Assembly: GCA_021161835.1 (NCBI GenBank)
Contig: JAGGZV010000051.1
Span: 4,688 to 68,687 of the forward strand
DNA from: Thermotogota bacterium
GTDB lineage: Bacteria; Thermotogota; Thermotogae; UBA12178
DNA: 64,000 nucleotides
Direction of reading: 5' to 3'
Shown in pieces: positions 29,037-37,714 of this stretch. The position numbers were made by a program, and so were the translations under genes. Numbering within the stretch: the first letter of the stretch is position 1; each line of letters opens with the position of its first letter. The notes under the pieces were generated by a model that ran no database searches, was not told the DNA's origin, and was given only the letters and a program-made list of their open reading frames with translations.

Positions 29037-30077
29037 TTGAATGTCAGCGACATTATCCTGCTATCCAGTGTTGCAGGTTTATCCGCGAAAAAGATAGAAG
29101 ATCTAATGAACCAGTCGAAAAACGAAACTCTGGAGATGGTATTGAAGTCGCTGGACAGGGATAGGGTAAGAAAAGTTTTGAAAGCCGTTGAAGAGGCCAT
29201 TGAAAAGCTGGGGATGGCGATAATCACCTATTGGGACGATCTTTACCCCGAACCTCTGAGAGCGATTTCCTCTCCTCCGCCAGTGTTGTATATCTGTGGT
29301 AATGGAATTGATATACTATCACATGAACCGAAGATAGGCATCGTTGGTTCGAGGAAATGCACTCATTATGGCAGGAATGTGGCTCGAAAACTTGCAGAAG
29401 AACTTGCAACCATGGATTTTGTGGTGGTCAGCGGCTTGGCCGCTGGTATAGATTCAGCAGCACATGAGGGTGCTGCATCGGCTGGTGGAACCATAGGAGT
29501 GTTGGGAAACGGCGTTGATGTGGTTTACCCTTCGTACAATGCGAAGGTGTACGAACTGGTTAAAGAACACGGATGTGTGGTGAGTGAATTTCCGCCTGGA
29601 ACTCCGCCCATGAAACATCACTTTCCCATGCGGAACAGGATAATCTCCGGGCTTTCTCTGGGTGTGATAGTGGTGGAAGCTGGCGAAAAAAGCGGTTCTT
29701 TGATAACAGCTCGCATGGCGCGTGAGCAGGGGCGGGAGGTATTTGCAGTGCCCGGTCCTGTAACATCTGAAACGAGTCGTGGAACGAATGCGCTGATAAA
29801 AAACGGAGCTAAACTCGTCCAGAATGTGTGGGATGTGGTTGAAGAATTCCCCTGGTTGAAACTGGACAACAACAGAGTGGGAGGCAACAAAGGGAGTGAG
29901 ATAGAGCTTTCCGAGGGAGAACAAAGAGTACTCGAAAGAATACGTCTCGGCGATGATACTCTGGACATGCTATTGACAACAACTGGTATGAAAATGGAGG
30001 AAATACTCACATATCTCACTTTTCTGGAAATGAAAGGTCTGGTGAAGGAAACGGGGGGAAGATACGTCGCACTTTAG
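29037..30077 (+). CDS. dprA: DNA-processing protein DprA (Smf)
   Basis: GSRKCTHYGRNVARKLAEELA...VVSGLAAGIDSAAHEGA...FPMRNRIISGLS...VVEAGEKSGSLITA, with a C-terminal winged-helix-like tail. TTG start 6 nt after the previous stop. Confidence 0.92.
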   Translation: MNVSDIILLSSVAGLSAKKIEDLMNQSKNETLEMVLKSLDRDRVRKVLKAVEEAIEKLGMAIITYWDDLYPEPLRAISSPPPVLYICGNGIDILSHEPKIGIVGSRKCTHYGRNVARKLAEELATMDFVVVSGLAAGIDSAAHEGAASAGGTIGVLGNGVDVVYPSYNAKVYELVKEHGCVVSEFPPGTPPMKHHFPMRNRIISGLSLGVIVVEAGEKSGSLITARMAREQGREVFAVPGPVTSETSRGTNALIKNGAKLVQNVWDVVEEFPWLKLDNNRVGGNKGSEIELSEGEQRVLERIRLGDDTLDMLLTTTGMKMEEILTYLTFLEMKGLVKETGGRYVAL

Positions 30078-30079
30078 AT

Positions 30080-31129
30080 TCAGCGAGTGAAACACTTCAA
30101 CACCAGATATTCACCTTCGGCGTGGAATACAAGCGTTTCACCCGAGCAAGCGAGTTTAACATGTTTTTTCATTCTTCTGAGAGCAGATCTGAATCTGTTC
30201 ACCTCGACTTCCACATAACCTTTGAAGGGTAACCTGTAGGGCAATTTGGTCATGTACACTCCCCCACCACCGTATGCTTTCATTTCCCAACATTCTTTAA
30301 GAGCTTTCATACGTATCCTGGCACGTGGATGTAGTGTATAAGCTTTCTTAAGAAATTCAAGAAGTTTAGGAGTGTTGATATTGATTCCCTCTTCCAGTTG
30401 TGCGAATTTCACAAGGTTGAGTATGCCTCTGGTACCGTGAACGTCGAGGTGTAAAGTGTATTTGAACCTTTCGGCGTTTATATGTACGTATTCTTCTCCC
30501 AGCTTCATAACCAGTTTTTCGCATTCTATGAATTCAAGTGATTTCACCAGATGTCTGGTCGTCGTGTAGGGAATGCCACCTACAATGAAGCGATCGAATG
30601 CAGAAGATCCAAGTTTTGCAATACACGCCAAACTTCCTGCAGGACCGATTCCAAGCAATTCGTGATTGTATACCACAAATTCGAGTTTTTCTCCCTCTTC
30701 CAGGCAGACGCTTGCGAAATCGAGATTTTTTAGAAAGCTTTCTTTCTCCATTTCAGCGATTGTATATCCTTCTTCAAAGACATGCATCGTGCTCCTACTT
30801 ACAGCGTTTTTCACCTGTAGATATTCCTCTTTTGAACTCACCACGATGTCCGATTCTTTCAGCTGTAGCGTTACTTCTGATTCATCGCCACCCCACTGGA
30901 GCACGAGCTTCAGCACATTCAAGGGTAAACGATATATACCTCTGAAAGGTTGCACTTCTTCTTCTTCCATCGACAATTCGGCGCTTCCTTCAGTCGCATG
31001 CAGTACAAGTTTTTTACTGTACAACAGATTTATAACTTTAAATGTGGGTTCCAAGGTACCTGTGAACTTGTCGAAGATACGGTATATTTTTTTCAGCTTA
31101 CCGATTGATGTTTTCCAGATCATGGACAC
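30080..31129 (-). CDS. Hypothetical protein, 349 aa; possible divergent DnaN-like sliding-clamp fold
   Basis: Clean ORF, with GTG 31129 directly after the upstream stop (ATG 31123 is an alternative). Length is about 3 x 115 aa, and the segment order resembles a beta clamp (see finding). No catalytic motif recognised. Confidence 0.6.
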   Translation of the reverse strand: MSMIWKTSIGKLKKIYRIFDKFTGTLEPTFKVINLLYSKKLVLHATEGSAELSMEEEEVQPFRGIYRLPLNVLKLVLQWGGDESEVTLQLKESDIVVSSKEEYLQVKNAVSRSTMHVFEEGYTIAEMEKESFLKNLDFASVCLEEGEKLEFVVYNHELLGIGPAGSLACIAKLGSSAFDRFIVGGIPYTTTRHLVKSLEFIECEKLVMKLGEEYVHINAERFKYTLHLDVHGTRGILNLVKFAQLEEGININTPKLLEFLKKAYTLHPRARIRMKALKECWEMKAYGGGGVYMTKLPYRLPFKGYVEVEVNRFRSALRRMKKHVKLACSGETLVFHAEGEYLVLKCFTR

Positions 31130-31747
31130 TCAGCTTCTCTTCCAGCCTATCATTGCCACCACGCTCTTTCTAGGGGACAGCTGGCCCGATTCAGGGATCA
31201 CGCTCAATTCTATCCGTTCCGTTGCTTTGAGATGTTGTACTATCATGGTGTTCAGGTTCAAAGGAAGATCCATGTATCCTGGCGATATTCGCGCTCCTCC
31301 CACATATCCATATTTTCTCATCTCGTTCCGCATATGTTCATCTAGTTTGCGGACGAAGGCTTCTGTGAGTTCCGAAGCGTACGCATCACAGAGAAAGCTC
31401 AGAAGCGTTTCTTCGGATTCCATGAGAGTCGATATGAGGTTTTCCACCGTGTGCCCTATGGTTGCCGCTATGAGTGTAGCATATTCCGCATCCCTCATTT
31501 GCTGCTGTATGAGTTTGCCTTTGAGTTCTTTGTTCAGTATATACAGCTTTTCGCCATCCCAACTGCATTTCACTGTTTCATAAACGGCCTGTGGTGTGGC
31601 AACGGAATTCACAAGTTCGATTGCTCTATTGAGATGCTCTTCTATCTCTTCAGGTGGTTTGGAAGTTCCCGGTATACCCGATCGTGAGAGTATCTTATTC
31701 AAAGGCACATCGATATCCTGGGGTGGTAGGAAAAATGTTCTTACCAT
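31130..31747 (-). CDS. Stand-alone methionine-synthase (MetH) activation/reactivation-domain-like protein
   Basis: 205 aa with C-terminal GGARISPGYMDLPLNLNTMIVQHL...LSPRKSVVAMIGW, which matches the RxSPGY / P-x-KSV AdoMet-binding pattern of the MetH C-terminal module. SD GGAGGG precedes the ATG. Confidence 0.6.
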   Translation of the reverse strand: MVRTFFLPPQDIDVPLNKILSRSGIPGTSKPPEEIEEHLNRAIELVNSVATPQAVYETVKCSWDGEKLYILNKELKGKLIQQQMRDAEYATLIAATIGHTVENLISTLMESEETLLSFLCDAYASELTEAFVRKLDEHMRNEMRKYGYVGGARISPGYMDLPLNLNTMIVQHLKATERIELSVIPESGQLSPRKSVVAMIGWKRS

Positions 31748-31932
31748 TCGCTGCCCTCCAGGTTTTTACGTGGTTTTTTATAATGATATCAAATTTATAT
31801 TGAAAAACCAAATATTGCTTTTCCATATCATATCGAGGCTTCCACACATGGAGCATCAGATCGGGAGTAAATACGAGTGGTGGAAACATATGGTAACATA
31901 GCAAAAAAGGGAGAATTGAGGGAGGTCAGGGC

Positions 31933-33201
31933 ATGATACGCAGAATAAAGGGAACACTGGATGTTTTCGGTGAGCAGGCGTGTCTGTGGCGATATATAGA
32001 ATCCACGTTCATCGAGACGGTGAGATCGTTCAACTACAGAGAAGTGAGAACTCCTATCATAGAACCTGTTGAACTCTTCGTGCGAAGTGTCGGCGAGGAA
32101 ACTGATATCGTTAGAAAAGAGATGTACGTTTTCGAAGACAAGGGTGGGAGGAGGGTAGCCTTACGGCCGGAAGGAACGGCTGGCATAGTTCGGGCATATA
32201 TTGAGAACGGTATGAACAGGTTCGGAGCTCCACAAAAGTTTTTCTATATAGGTGCGATGTTCAGGTATGAAAAACCCCAGGCGGGGCGACAGAGGCAATT
32301 TCACCAACTCGGAGTCGAGGTGTTCGGTAGTCCATCCCCATTTGCCGATGTTGAAACCATACACATAGCTATGAAGTTTTTGAAAAACCTGGGATTGGAT
32401 GATGCGCGTCTTCACGTGAATAGCATAGGATGTCCCAAATGTCGTCCTTCTTACAAAGACGCGCTCAAAAAGTATTATTCTGAATATCTGCAGGAACTTT
32501 GTGAAGATTGTAGGATCAGGTATGATAGAAATGTGCTGCGTCTGCTGGATTGTAAGGTGGATTCATCAATTGCCGAAAAGGCGCCCCGCATTCAGGAATT
32601 CCTGTGTGATGAATGCAGGGAACATTTTGTGAAAGTGTGCAAAGCTCTGGATACGTTGAACCTGAAATATACCGTTGATCCCAAACTTGTACGTGGTCTG
32701 GATTATTACACCAGAACCACGTATGAGATAAAAGTTCCATACCTTGGTGCCCAGGATACTCTCATAGGTGGAGGAAGGTATGACAATTTGGTAAGAGAGT
32801 TGGGTGGGCCTTCTACTCCCGCAGTGGGGTTCGCTGGTGGAATCGAAAGAATAGCTCTGGCGTTGGAGAAAAAAGGAATTGTTGTACCAAGGGACATACT
32901 GATTTACGTGGCAACAGCAGGACAGGATGATACATACGCGGCGGCCATCACCGTGGCGGAAACATTGCGTGACAGAGGATTCTGCGTTGAAATCGATCTG
33001 ATGGAGCGGTCTCTGACATCCCAGATGAGATATGCAAACCGTGCGAAGGCGGATTATGTGGTCATGGTTGGTGAAGACGAGCTTCGTGAAGGTAAGTTCA
33101 CGCTGCGTGATATGAAAACGGGGGAACAGCGGAAACTCACTCTTCACGAGATGGTCGAAGTTCTGGAAAAAGCGTGTAAACCGTTACATGGTGACTCTTG
33201 A
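31933..33201 (+). CDS. hisS: Histidine--tRNA ligase
   Basis: 422 aa with KGTLDVFGEQ, the class II motifs AMFRYEKPQAGRQRQFHQLGVE and GGGRYDNLV, and a C-terminal anticodon-binding domain. Confidence 0.94.
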   Translation: MIRRIKGTLDVFGEQACLWRYIESTFIETVRSFNYREVRTPIIEPVELFVRSVGEETDIVRKEMYVFEDKGGRRVALRPEGTAGIVRAYIENGMNRFGAPQKFFYIGAMFRYEKPQAGRQRQFHQLGVEVFGSPSPFADVETIHIAMKFLKNLGLDDARLHVNSIGCPKCRPSYKDALKKYYSEYLQELCEDCRIRYDRNVLRLLDCKVDSSIAEKAPRIQEFLCDECREHFVKVCKALDTLNLKYTVDPKLVRGLDYYTRTTYEIKVPYLGAQDTLIGGGRYDNLVRELGGPSTPAVGFAGGIERIALALEKKGIVVPRDILIYVATAGQDDTYAAAITVAETLRDRGFCVEIDLMERSLTSQMRYANRAKADYVVMVGEDELREGKFTLRDMKTGEQRKLTLHEMVEVLEKACKPLHGDS

Positions 33202-33242
33202 TATTGGATGTAAAAAAGTTTATAATCAGGGGGGTGATTTTT

Positions 33243-34037
33243 GTGAATCCGAACGATGTAATGGAATTACTCGATTCTGGTTTGACGATCCAAAAGTTGC
33301 GTTCGCTGGCCAAGAAATTGGGAGTAAAACTCAGAAGGACCATGCGAAAATCGGAGATAGAAAGTTTGATAAGAAAGAAGCTGGAGGCGAAGAAGGTGAG
33401 GATCAATATGGAAAAAGAACCCCGCCGCGTGGAAGCTTCATCCGGAAAGATACCTGTTGAAGAACCCAAGCCTGTAGAAGCGAAAAGAGAGCTGCCAAAA
33501 AGTTACAACAAAGATAAGCTCATTCTCCTGCCCGTGAATCCCTTCTGGATACATGCTCATTGGGATGTGTCGGAACGTACCAAAAAAAGTTTTGAGAGTC
33601 CCGGGGTTGTGAGGAAGGCGCTCAGGTTCTACGATGTTACCTACATCATATTCGACGGTTCGAATGCGCATAGAACCTTTGAAGTATATGTGGATCTTGA
33701 GTGGAGGAATTACTACTTCAATGTTCCAATGCCCAACGCTGACTATATAGCTGTTCTGGGCTACATAAATACTCAGGGCATCTTTGTGCCTGTTCTTAAA
33801 AGTAACGTTGTCCGCACCCCAGCGTGTTCGCCTTCCAGCGCAAAAGAAGAGGTGTGGATGAAACTCGCCAGAAGGGAAAGAGAAGTTATCGAAGGTGTTG
33901 GAATGATGGAGCAACCCGTTGAAAGACCTCTCGGCAGTTCTCCCGGTTTCCAAAAGGAGTACTTCGAGTTGGGTTCAGGTGGTGGAGCTTTCATATGGAG
34001 GATGGTGAGAGGAGTCGGAAGTGGAGGTATTCTGTAA
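33243..34037 (+). CDS. DUF4912-like protein with Rho-N/SAP-like N-terminal helix pair
   Basis: LTIQKLRSLAKKLGVKLRRTMRKSEIESLI (Rho_N-like), then LILLPVNPFWIHAHWDV (DUF4912-like). GTG 33243 follows SD AGGGGGGTGA; the ORF track starts at TTG 33198. Confidence 0.6.
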   Translation: MNPNDVMELLDSGLTIQKLRSLAKKLGVKLRRTMRKSEIESLIRKKLEAKKVRINMEKEPRRVEASSGKIPVEEPKPVEAKRELPKSYNKDKLILLPVNPFWIHAHWDVSERTKKSFESPGVVRKALRFYDVTYIIFDGSNAHRTFEVYVDLEWRNYYFNVPMPNADYIAVLGYINTQGIFVPVLKSNVVRTPACSPSSAKEEVWMKLARREREVIEGVGMMEQPVERPLGSSPGFQKEYFELGSGGGAFIWRMVRGVGSGGIL

Positions 34038-35627
34038 ATGGCATGTGGTTACTTCCTCCTCGTGTTGCATGCCCATCTTCCTTACATAAGGCATCCCGAG
34101 TTCGAAGAATTCATGGAGGAAAGATGGCTTTTTGAGGCTATAACGGAAACTTATATACCTCTGCTGAAGATCTTCGAGAATCTGGAAAGGGATGGGATAC
34201 CTTTCAAGGTGACCATCAGTATCACTCCTCCACTTCTGGAAATGTTTGCCTCTCATGACCTGCAATCGAAGTACGAGCGTCACATGGTGAAGCTGATTAA
34301 ACTGGCTGATAGAGAGGTGACACGTACAAAAAGGGAAGATCCTCAAAAGCACAGTCTGGCCATATACTATCTTGAGACGTTCAGTGATGTTCTGAATACC
34401 TATAGGAAGTACAACCGTAATCCTGCTGAAGGTTTCAAGGTTTTCAGAGACAAAGGGTTCATCGAATTGATCACATGCAACGCTACTCACGGTTTCCTGC
34501 CATTCATGATGCGTTTTCCCCAGGTAGTCAATGCCCAGATCAAAATAGGCATCGAGGCTTTTCAGAGACACATGGGATATCGGCCGAAGGGTATGTGGAT
34601 AGCCGAGTGTGCTTATGTTCCACCGCTGGATCGGTACCTTGCCGAAGCGGGTGTGAAATTTTTCTTTGTGGATTCTCATGGATTATGGTATGCGGATCAT
34701 CAGCCTCGATATGGTGTATACAGGCCCGTAATAACTCCCCACGAGGTTTTCGTATTCGCGCGTGATCCTGAATCCAGTGAACAGGTGTGGAGCTCACAGG
34801 TTGGATATCCGGGAGATGGTAGATATAGAGAATTTTACAGGGATGTGGGATTCGACAGGGAGTATGAGTACATCCGACCTTACATAGACAGTTGTGGAGA
34901 GCGGATCAACACGGGGATAAAGTACCACCGTATAACCGGAAAAGATGTGGACCTCGCCGACAAAGAGTTATACGATCTCTCAGAAGCCATGCATGCGGTT
35001 GAAGAACATGCAAGGGATTTTGCTGGCAAGAAGATACGACAGATCGAAAGACTTTACGCTCTGTTCAACGGTGTGGAACCGGTCATAGTAGCACCTTTCG
35101 ATGCGGAATTATTCGGACATTGGTGGTATGAAGGTCCACAATTTCTCGAAAGGTTTTTCAGACATATTGCGGAAACCGAGATTTTAATACCCTCAACGCC
35201 ATCGGAGATCATCGACTCTCTGGAAATCGTACAGGTTCTTACCCCTGCACCATCGAGCTGGGGTGCGAACGGCTACTTCGAGGTATGGCTGAACGGTCGA
35301 AACGACTGGATATATCCTCACTACGAAGAAATGATGGAAAGAATGGTGGAATTAGCGCAAAAGTTCACGAATCCTACGGAACTTCAACGCCGTGTGTTGA
35401 ATCAGATGGCGCGGGAATTACTCCTGGCTCAATCCAGCGATTGGGCTTTCATAATGACCACTGGAACCACCGTGGAATATGCTGCAAACAGGGTTAAAAC
35501 ACATGCATTACGTTTTCTAGAATTGGATAGACAACTTAGAAGTGGTAAAATTGAGGTTGGTTATCTTCAGCAACTCGAATGGCTCGATGCCATATTTCCC
35601 TGGCTGGATTACAGGATATTTGCCTGA
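34038..35627 (+). CDS. Glycoside hydrolase family 57 1,4-alpha-glucan branching enzyme
   Basis: GYFLLVLHAHLPYIRHPEFEEFMEERWLFEAITETYIPLL, the WIAECAY catalytic region, and the C-terminal helical domain (DUF1957-like). Confidence 0.85.
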   Translation: MACGYFLLVLHAHLPYIRHPEFEEFMEERWLFEAITETYIPLLKIFENLERDGIPFKVTISITPPLLEMFASHDLQSKYERHMVKLIKLADREVTRTKREDPQKHSLAIYYLETFSDVLNTYRKYNRNPAEGFKVFRDKGFIELITCNATHGFLPFMMRFPQVVNAQIKIGIEAFQRHMGYRPKGMWIAECAYVPPLDRYLAEAGVKFFFVDSHGLWYADHQPRYGVYRPVITPHEVFVFARDPESSEQVWSSQVGYPGDGRYREFYRDVGFDREYEYIRPYIDSCGERINTGIKYHRITGKDVDLADKELYDLSEAMHAVEEHARDFAGKKIRQIERLYALFNGVEPVIVAPFDAELFGHWWYEGPQFLERFFRHIAETEILIPSTPSEIIDSLEIVQVLTPAPSSWGANGYFEVWLNGRNDWIYPHYEEMMERMVELAQKFTNPTELQRRVLNQMARELLLAQSSDWAFIMTTGTTVEYAANRVKTHALRFLELDRQLRSGKIEVGYLQQLEWLDAIFPWLDYRIFA

Positions 35628-35634
35628 GGAGGGA

Positions 35635-36225
35635 ATGATCATGTTGAAAACGAAGGGAAAGTTCTTAGAAGTGCGCTGGCACGCCAGAGCGGGACAGGGA
35701 GCAAAGAGCGCGGCTCAAATTCTGGCAGAAGCGGCGCTGGATCATGGGAAATACGCTCAGGCTTTTCCAGAATATGGAGCCGAAAGGTCCGGTGCTCCTA
35801 TGAGAGCGTTCAACAAGATAGGAGAAGAGTTCATAAGATCACATTCTCCTGTGTTAACTCCGGATGTGGTGGTTGTGCTGGATGATACCTTAATAGGTTC
35901 AGCTCCCGTATCTAACGGTACCGATGAGGAATCCGTTCTCATAGTGAACACCACCAGAAGTCCTGAATGGATCAGAGAGAAGACGGGATTCAGGGGTAAA
36001 ATATGCACCCTGAGAGCCACAGACATAGCTCTTGAAGAGATAGGAAGAGGAATGCCCAACACCGTGATGTTGGGAGCGCTGATCAAGGTAACAGGTGCCA
36101 TACCGCTCGAAGCAGTTGAAAATCGTATAAAGAGCACCCTGGGGAAGAAACTACCCGAGAAAGTTGTGGAAGGGAATCTTAAAGCTTTAAGGCGTGGGTA
36201 CGAGGAGGTGTGTTGCGTTGGCTGA
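35635..36225 (+). CDS. porG: Pyruvate:ferredoxin oxidoreductase, gamma subunit
   Basis: EVRWHARAGQGAKSAAQILAEAA...FPEYGAERSGAPMRAF. ATG 35635 or 35641 follows SD GAGGAGGG; the ORF-track start at 35542 overlaps the GH57 gene. Confidence 0.9.
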   Translation: MIMLKTKGKFLEVRWHARAGQGAKSAAQILAEAALDHGKYAQAFPEYGAERSGAPMRAFNKIGEEFIRSHSPVLTPDVVVVLDDTLIGSAPVSNGTDEESVLIVNTTRSPEWIREKTGFRGKICTLRATDIALEEIGRGMPNTVMLGALIKVTGAIPLEAVENRIKSTLGKKLPEKVVEGNLKALRRGYEEVCCVG

Positions 36226-36517
36226 ACTCAAAGGTTGGAGGGAGATACCCATAGGAGGGGTTATAGACAAACCGGCCACCGCCATGGCTTTCAAAACAGG
36301 AACCTGGCGTGTCATGAGGCCGACGTGGAACGAAGACAAATGTGTACATTATATGATGTGCTGGCTGTATTGTCCCGATAATTCCATAATAGTCAAAGAC
36401 GAAAGGATGATGGGAATAGACTACGAATATTGCAAAGGTTGTGGGGTGTGTGCCAGCGTATGTCCCACCAAAGCGATATCCATGGAACCCGAAACGAAGT
36501 TCGTGGAGGAGGGATGA
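36218..36517 (+). CDS. porD: Pyruvate:ferredoxin oxidoreductase, delta subunit (2x[4Fe-4S] ferredoxin)
   Basis: CVHYMMCWLYCP and CKGCGVCASVCP cluster motifs. TTG 36218 lies 7 nt after SD GAGGAGGTG; the ORF track starts at GTG 36194. Confidence 0.9.
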   Translation: MAELKGWREIPIGGVIDKPATAMAFKTGTWRVMRPTWNEDKCVHYMMCWLYCPDNSIIVKDERMMGIDYEYCKGCGVCASVCPTKAISMEPETKFVEEG

Positions 36518-36520
36518 ACG

Positions 36521-37699
36521 ATGATAGCCGAAAAAACGCGGCTTGCAATAACGGGAGCGGAAGCGGTCGCTCACGCCATGAGACAGATAAATCCTGATGT
36601 GGTTGCCGCATATCCCATAACTCCACAGACACCCATAGTTGAAAATTTTGCCAAGTTTGTTGCCGATGGGATTGTGGATACTGAAATGATACCTGTGGAA
36701 AGTGAGCACAGTGCCATGAGTGCTGTGGTGGGAGCGGCAGCAGCTGGTGCAAGGGCCATGACCGCCACCAGCGCCAATGGTCTGGCGTTGATGCACGAGA
36801 TAGTTTACATAGCTGCCAGCACCCGACTGCCAATAGTTATGCCGGTGGTGAACAGGGCTCTCAGTGGCCCCATTAACATACATTGTGATCACAGTGATAC
36901 CATGGCCGAAAGAGATTCCGGGTGGATACAGCTTTTTGCAGAGAACGCGCAGGAGGCTTACGATCTGACCATAATAGCTTTGAAACTTGCGGAACATGAG
37001 AGTGTGCTTTTACCGGTGATGGTCAATCAGGATGGGTTCATAATTTCCCACGGTGTGGAACCTGTGGAAATCCTCCCCGACGATGTTGTGAGAAATTTCA
37101 TAGGTGAGAAGAAGCCCAGATATTCTCTTCTCGATGTGGAAAATCCTGTGACCTATGGACCATTGGACCTGTACGATTATTATTTCGAGCACAAGAGACA
37201 GCAGGTAGAAGCCATGGAGAATGTGTTTGAAGTTTTCCCGAAAGTGGTCGAGGAATTCGCCGAAATATCCGGCAGAAAATACAACTTCATAGAACCTTAC
37301 AGGTTGGAAGATGCAGAGCATGTTATGGTTGCCCTGGGTTCGACCAACGGAACGATAAAAGACGTTGTCGATGAGCTCAGGGCTGAAGGAAAGAAAGTGG
37401 GATTGTTGAAAATATGGATGTATAGACCTTTCCCAAAAGCAGAGATTCAAAGGGAGTTGTACGGTAGAAAGACGGTGGTGGTCCTCGATAGATCCATGAG
37501 TTTTGGAGCGGAGGCTCCTCTGTATGCTGAAGTGAAATCCGCTCTTTATGAAGCTCCTGCTAAACCGCTCATGGGATCGTTCATCTATGGACTTGGTGGC
37601 AGGGAAATACTTCCTGAACACATAAGATCCGCTTTCGAGATGGCCGTAGCCGGTGAACTCGTTGTGGACGATCAGAAATATCTTGGATTGAGAGAATGA
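36521..37699 (+). CDS. porA: Pyruvate:ferredoxin oxidoreductase, alpha subunit
   Basis: 392 aa with GAEAVAHAMRQINPDVVAAYPITPQTPIVE...SEHSAMSAVVGAAAAGARAMTATSANGLALM. Confidence 0.92.
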   Translation: MIAEKTRLAITGAEAVAHAMRQINPDVVAAYPITPQTPIVENFAKFVADGIVDTEMIPVESEHSAMSAVVGAAAAGARAMTATSANGLALMHEIVYIAASTRLPIVMPVVNRALSGPINIHCDHSDTMAERDSGWIQLFAENAQEAYDLTIIALKLAEHESVLLPVMVNQDGFIISHGVEPVEILPDDVVRNFIGEKKPRYSLLDVENPVTYGPLDLYDYYFEHKRQQVEAMENVFEVFPKVVEEFAEISGRKYNFIEPYRLEDAEHVMVALGSTNGTIKDVVDELRAEGKKVGLLKIWMYRPFPKAEIQRELYGRKTVVVLDRSMSFGAEAPLYAEVKSALYEAPAKPLMGSFIYGLGGREILPEHIRSAFEMAVAGELVVDDQKYLGLRE

Positions 37700-37714
37700 A
37701 AGGGGTGTTGAAGC

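Noticed and set aside
31748-31932. Possible T-box or other leader RNA upstream of hisS. The gap is 185 nt and contains GAGTGGTGGAAAC, and a 17-codon mini-ORF (MEHQIGSKYEWWKHMVT) lies in it.
   Set aside because: The gap is shared with the divergent promoter of the minus-strand pair, which leaves too little room for a T-box. I could not find a specifier loop, an AGAGA box, or a proper GGUGGUACCGCG T-box with a terminator/antiterminator. The mini-ORF has only two His codons and no SD.
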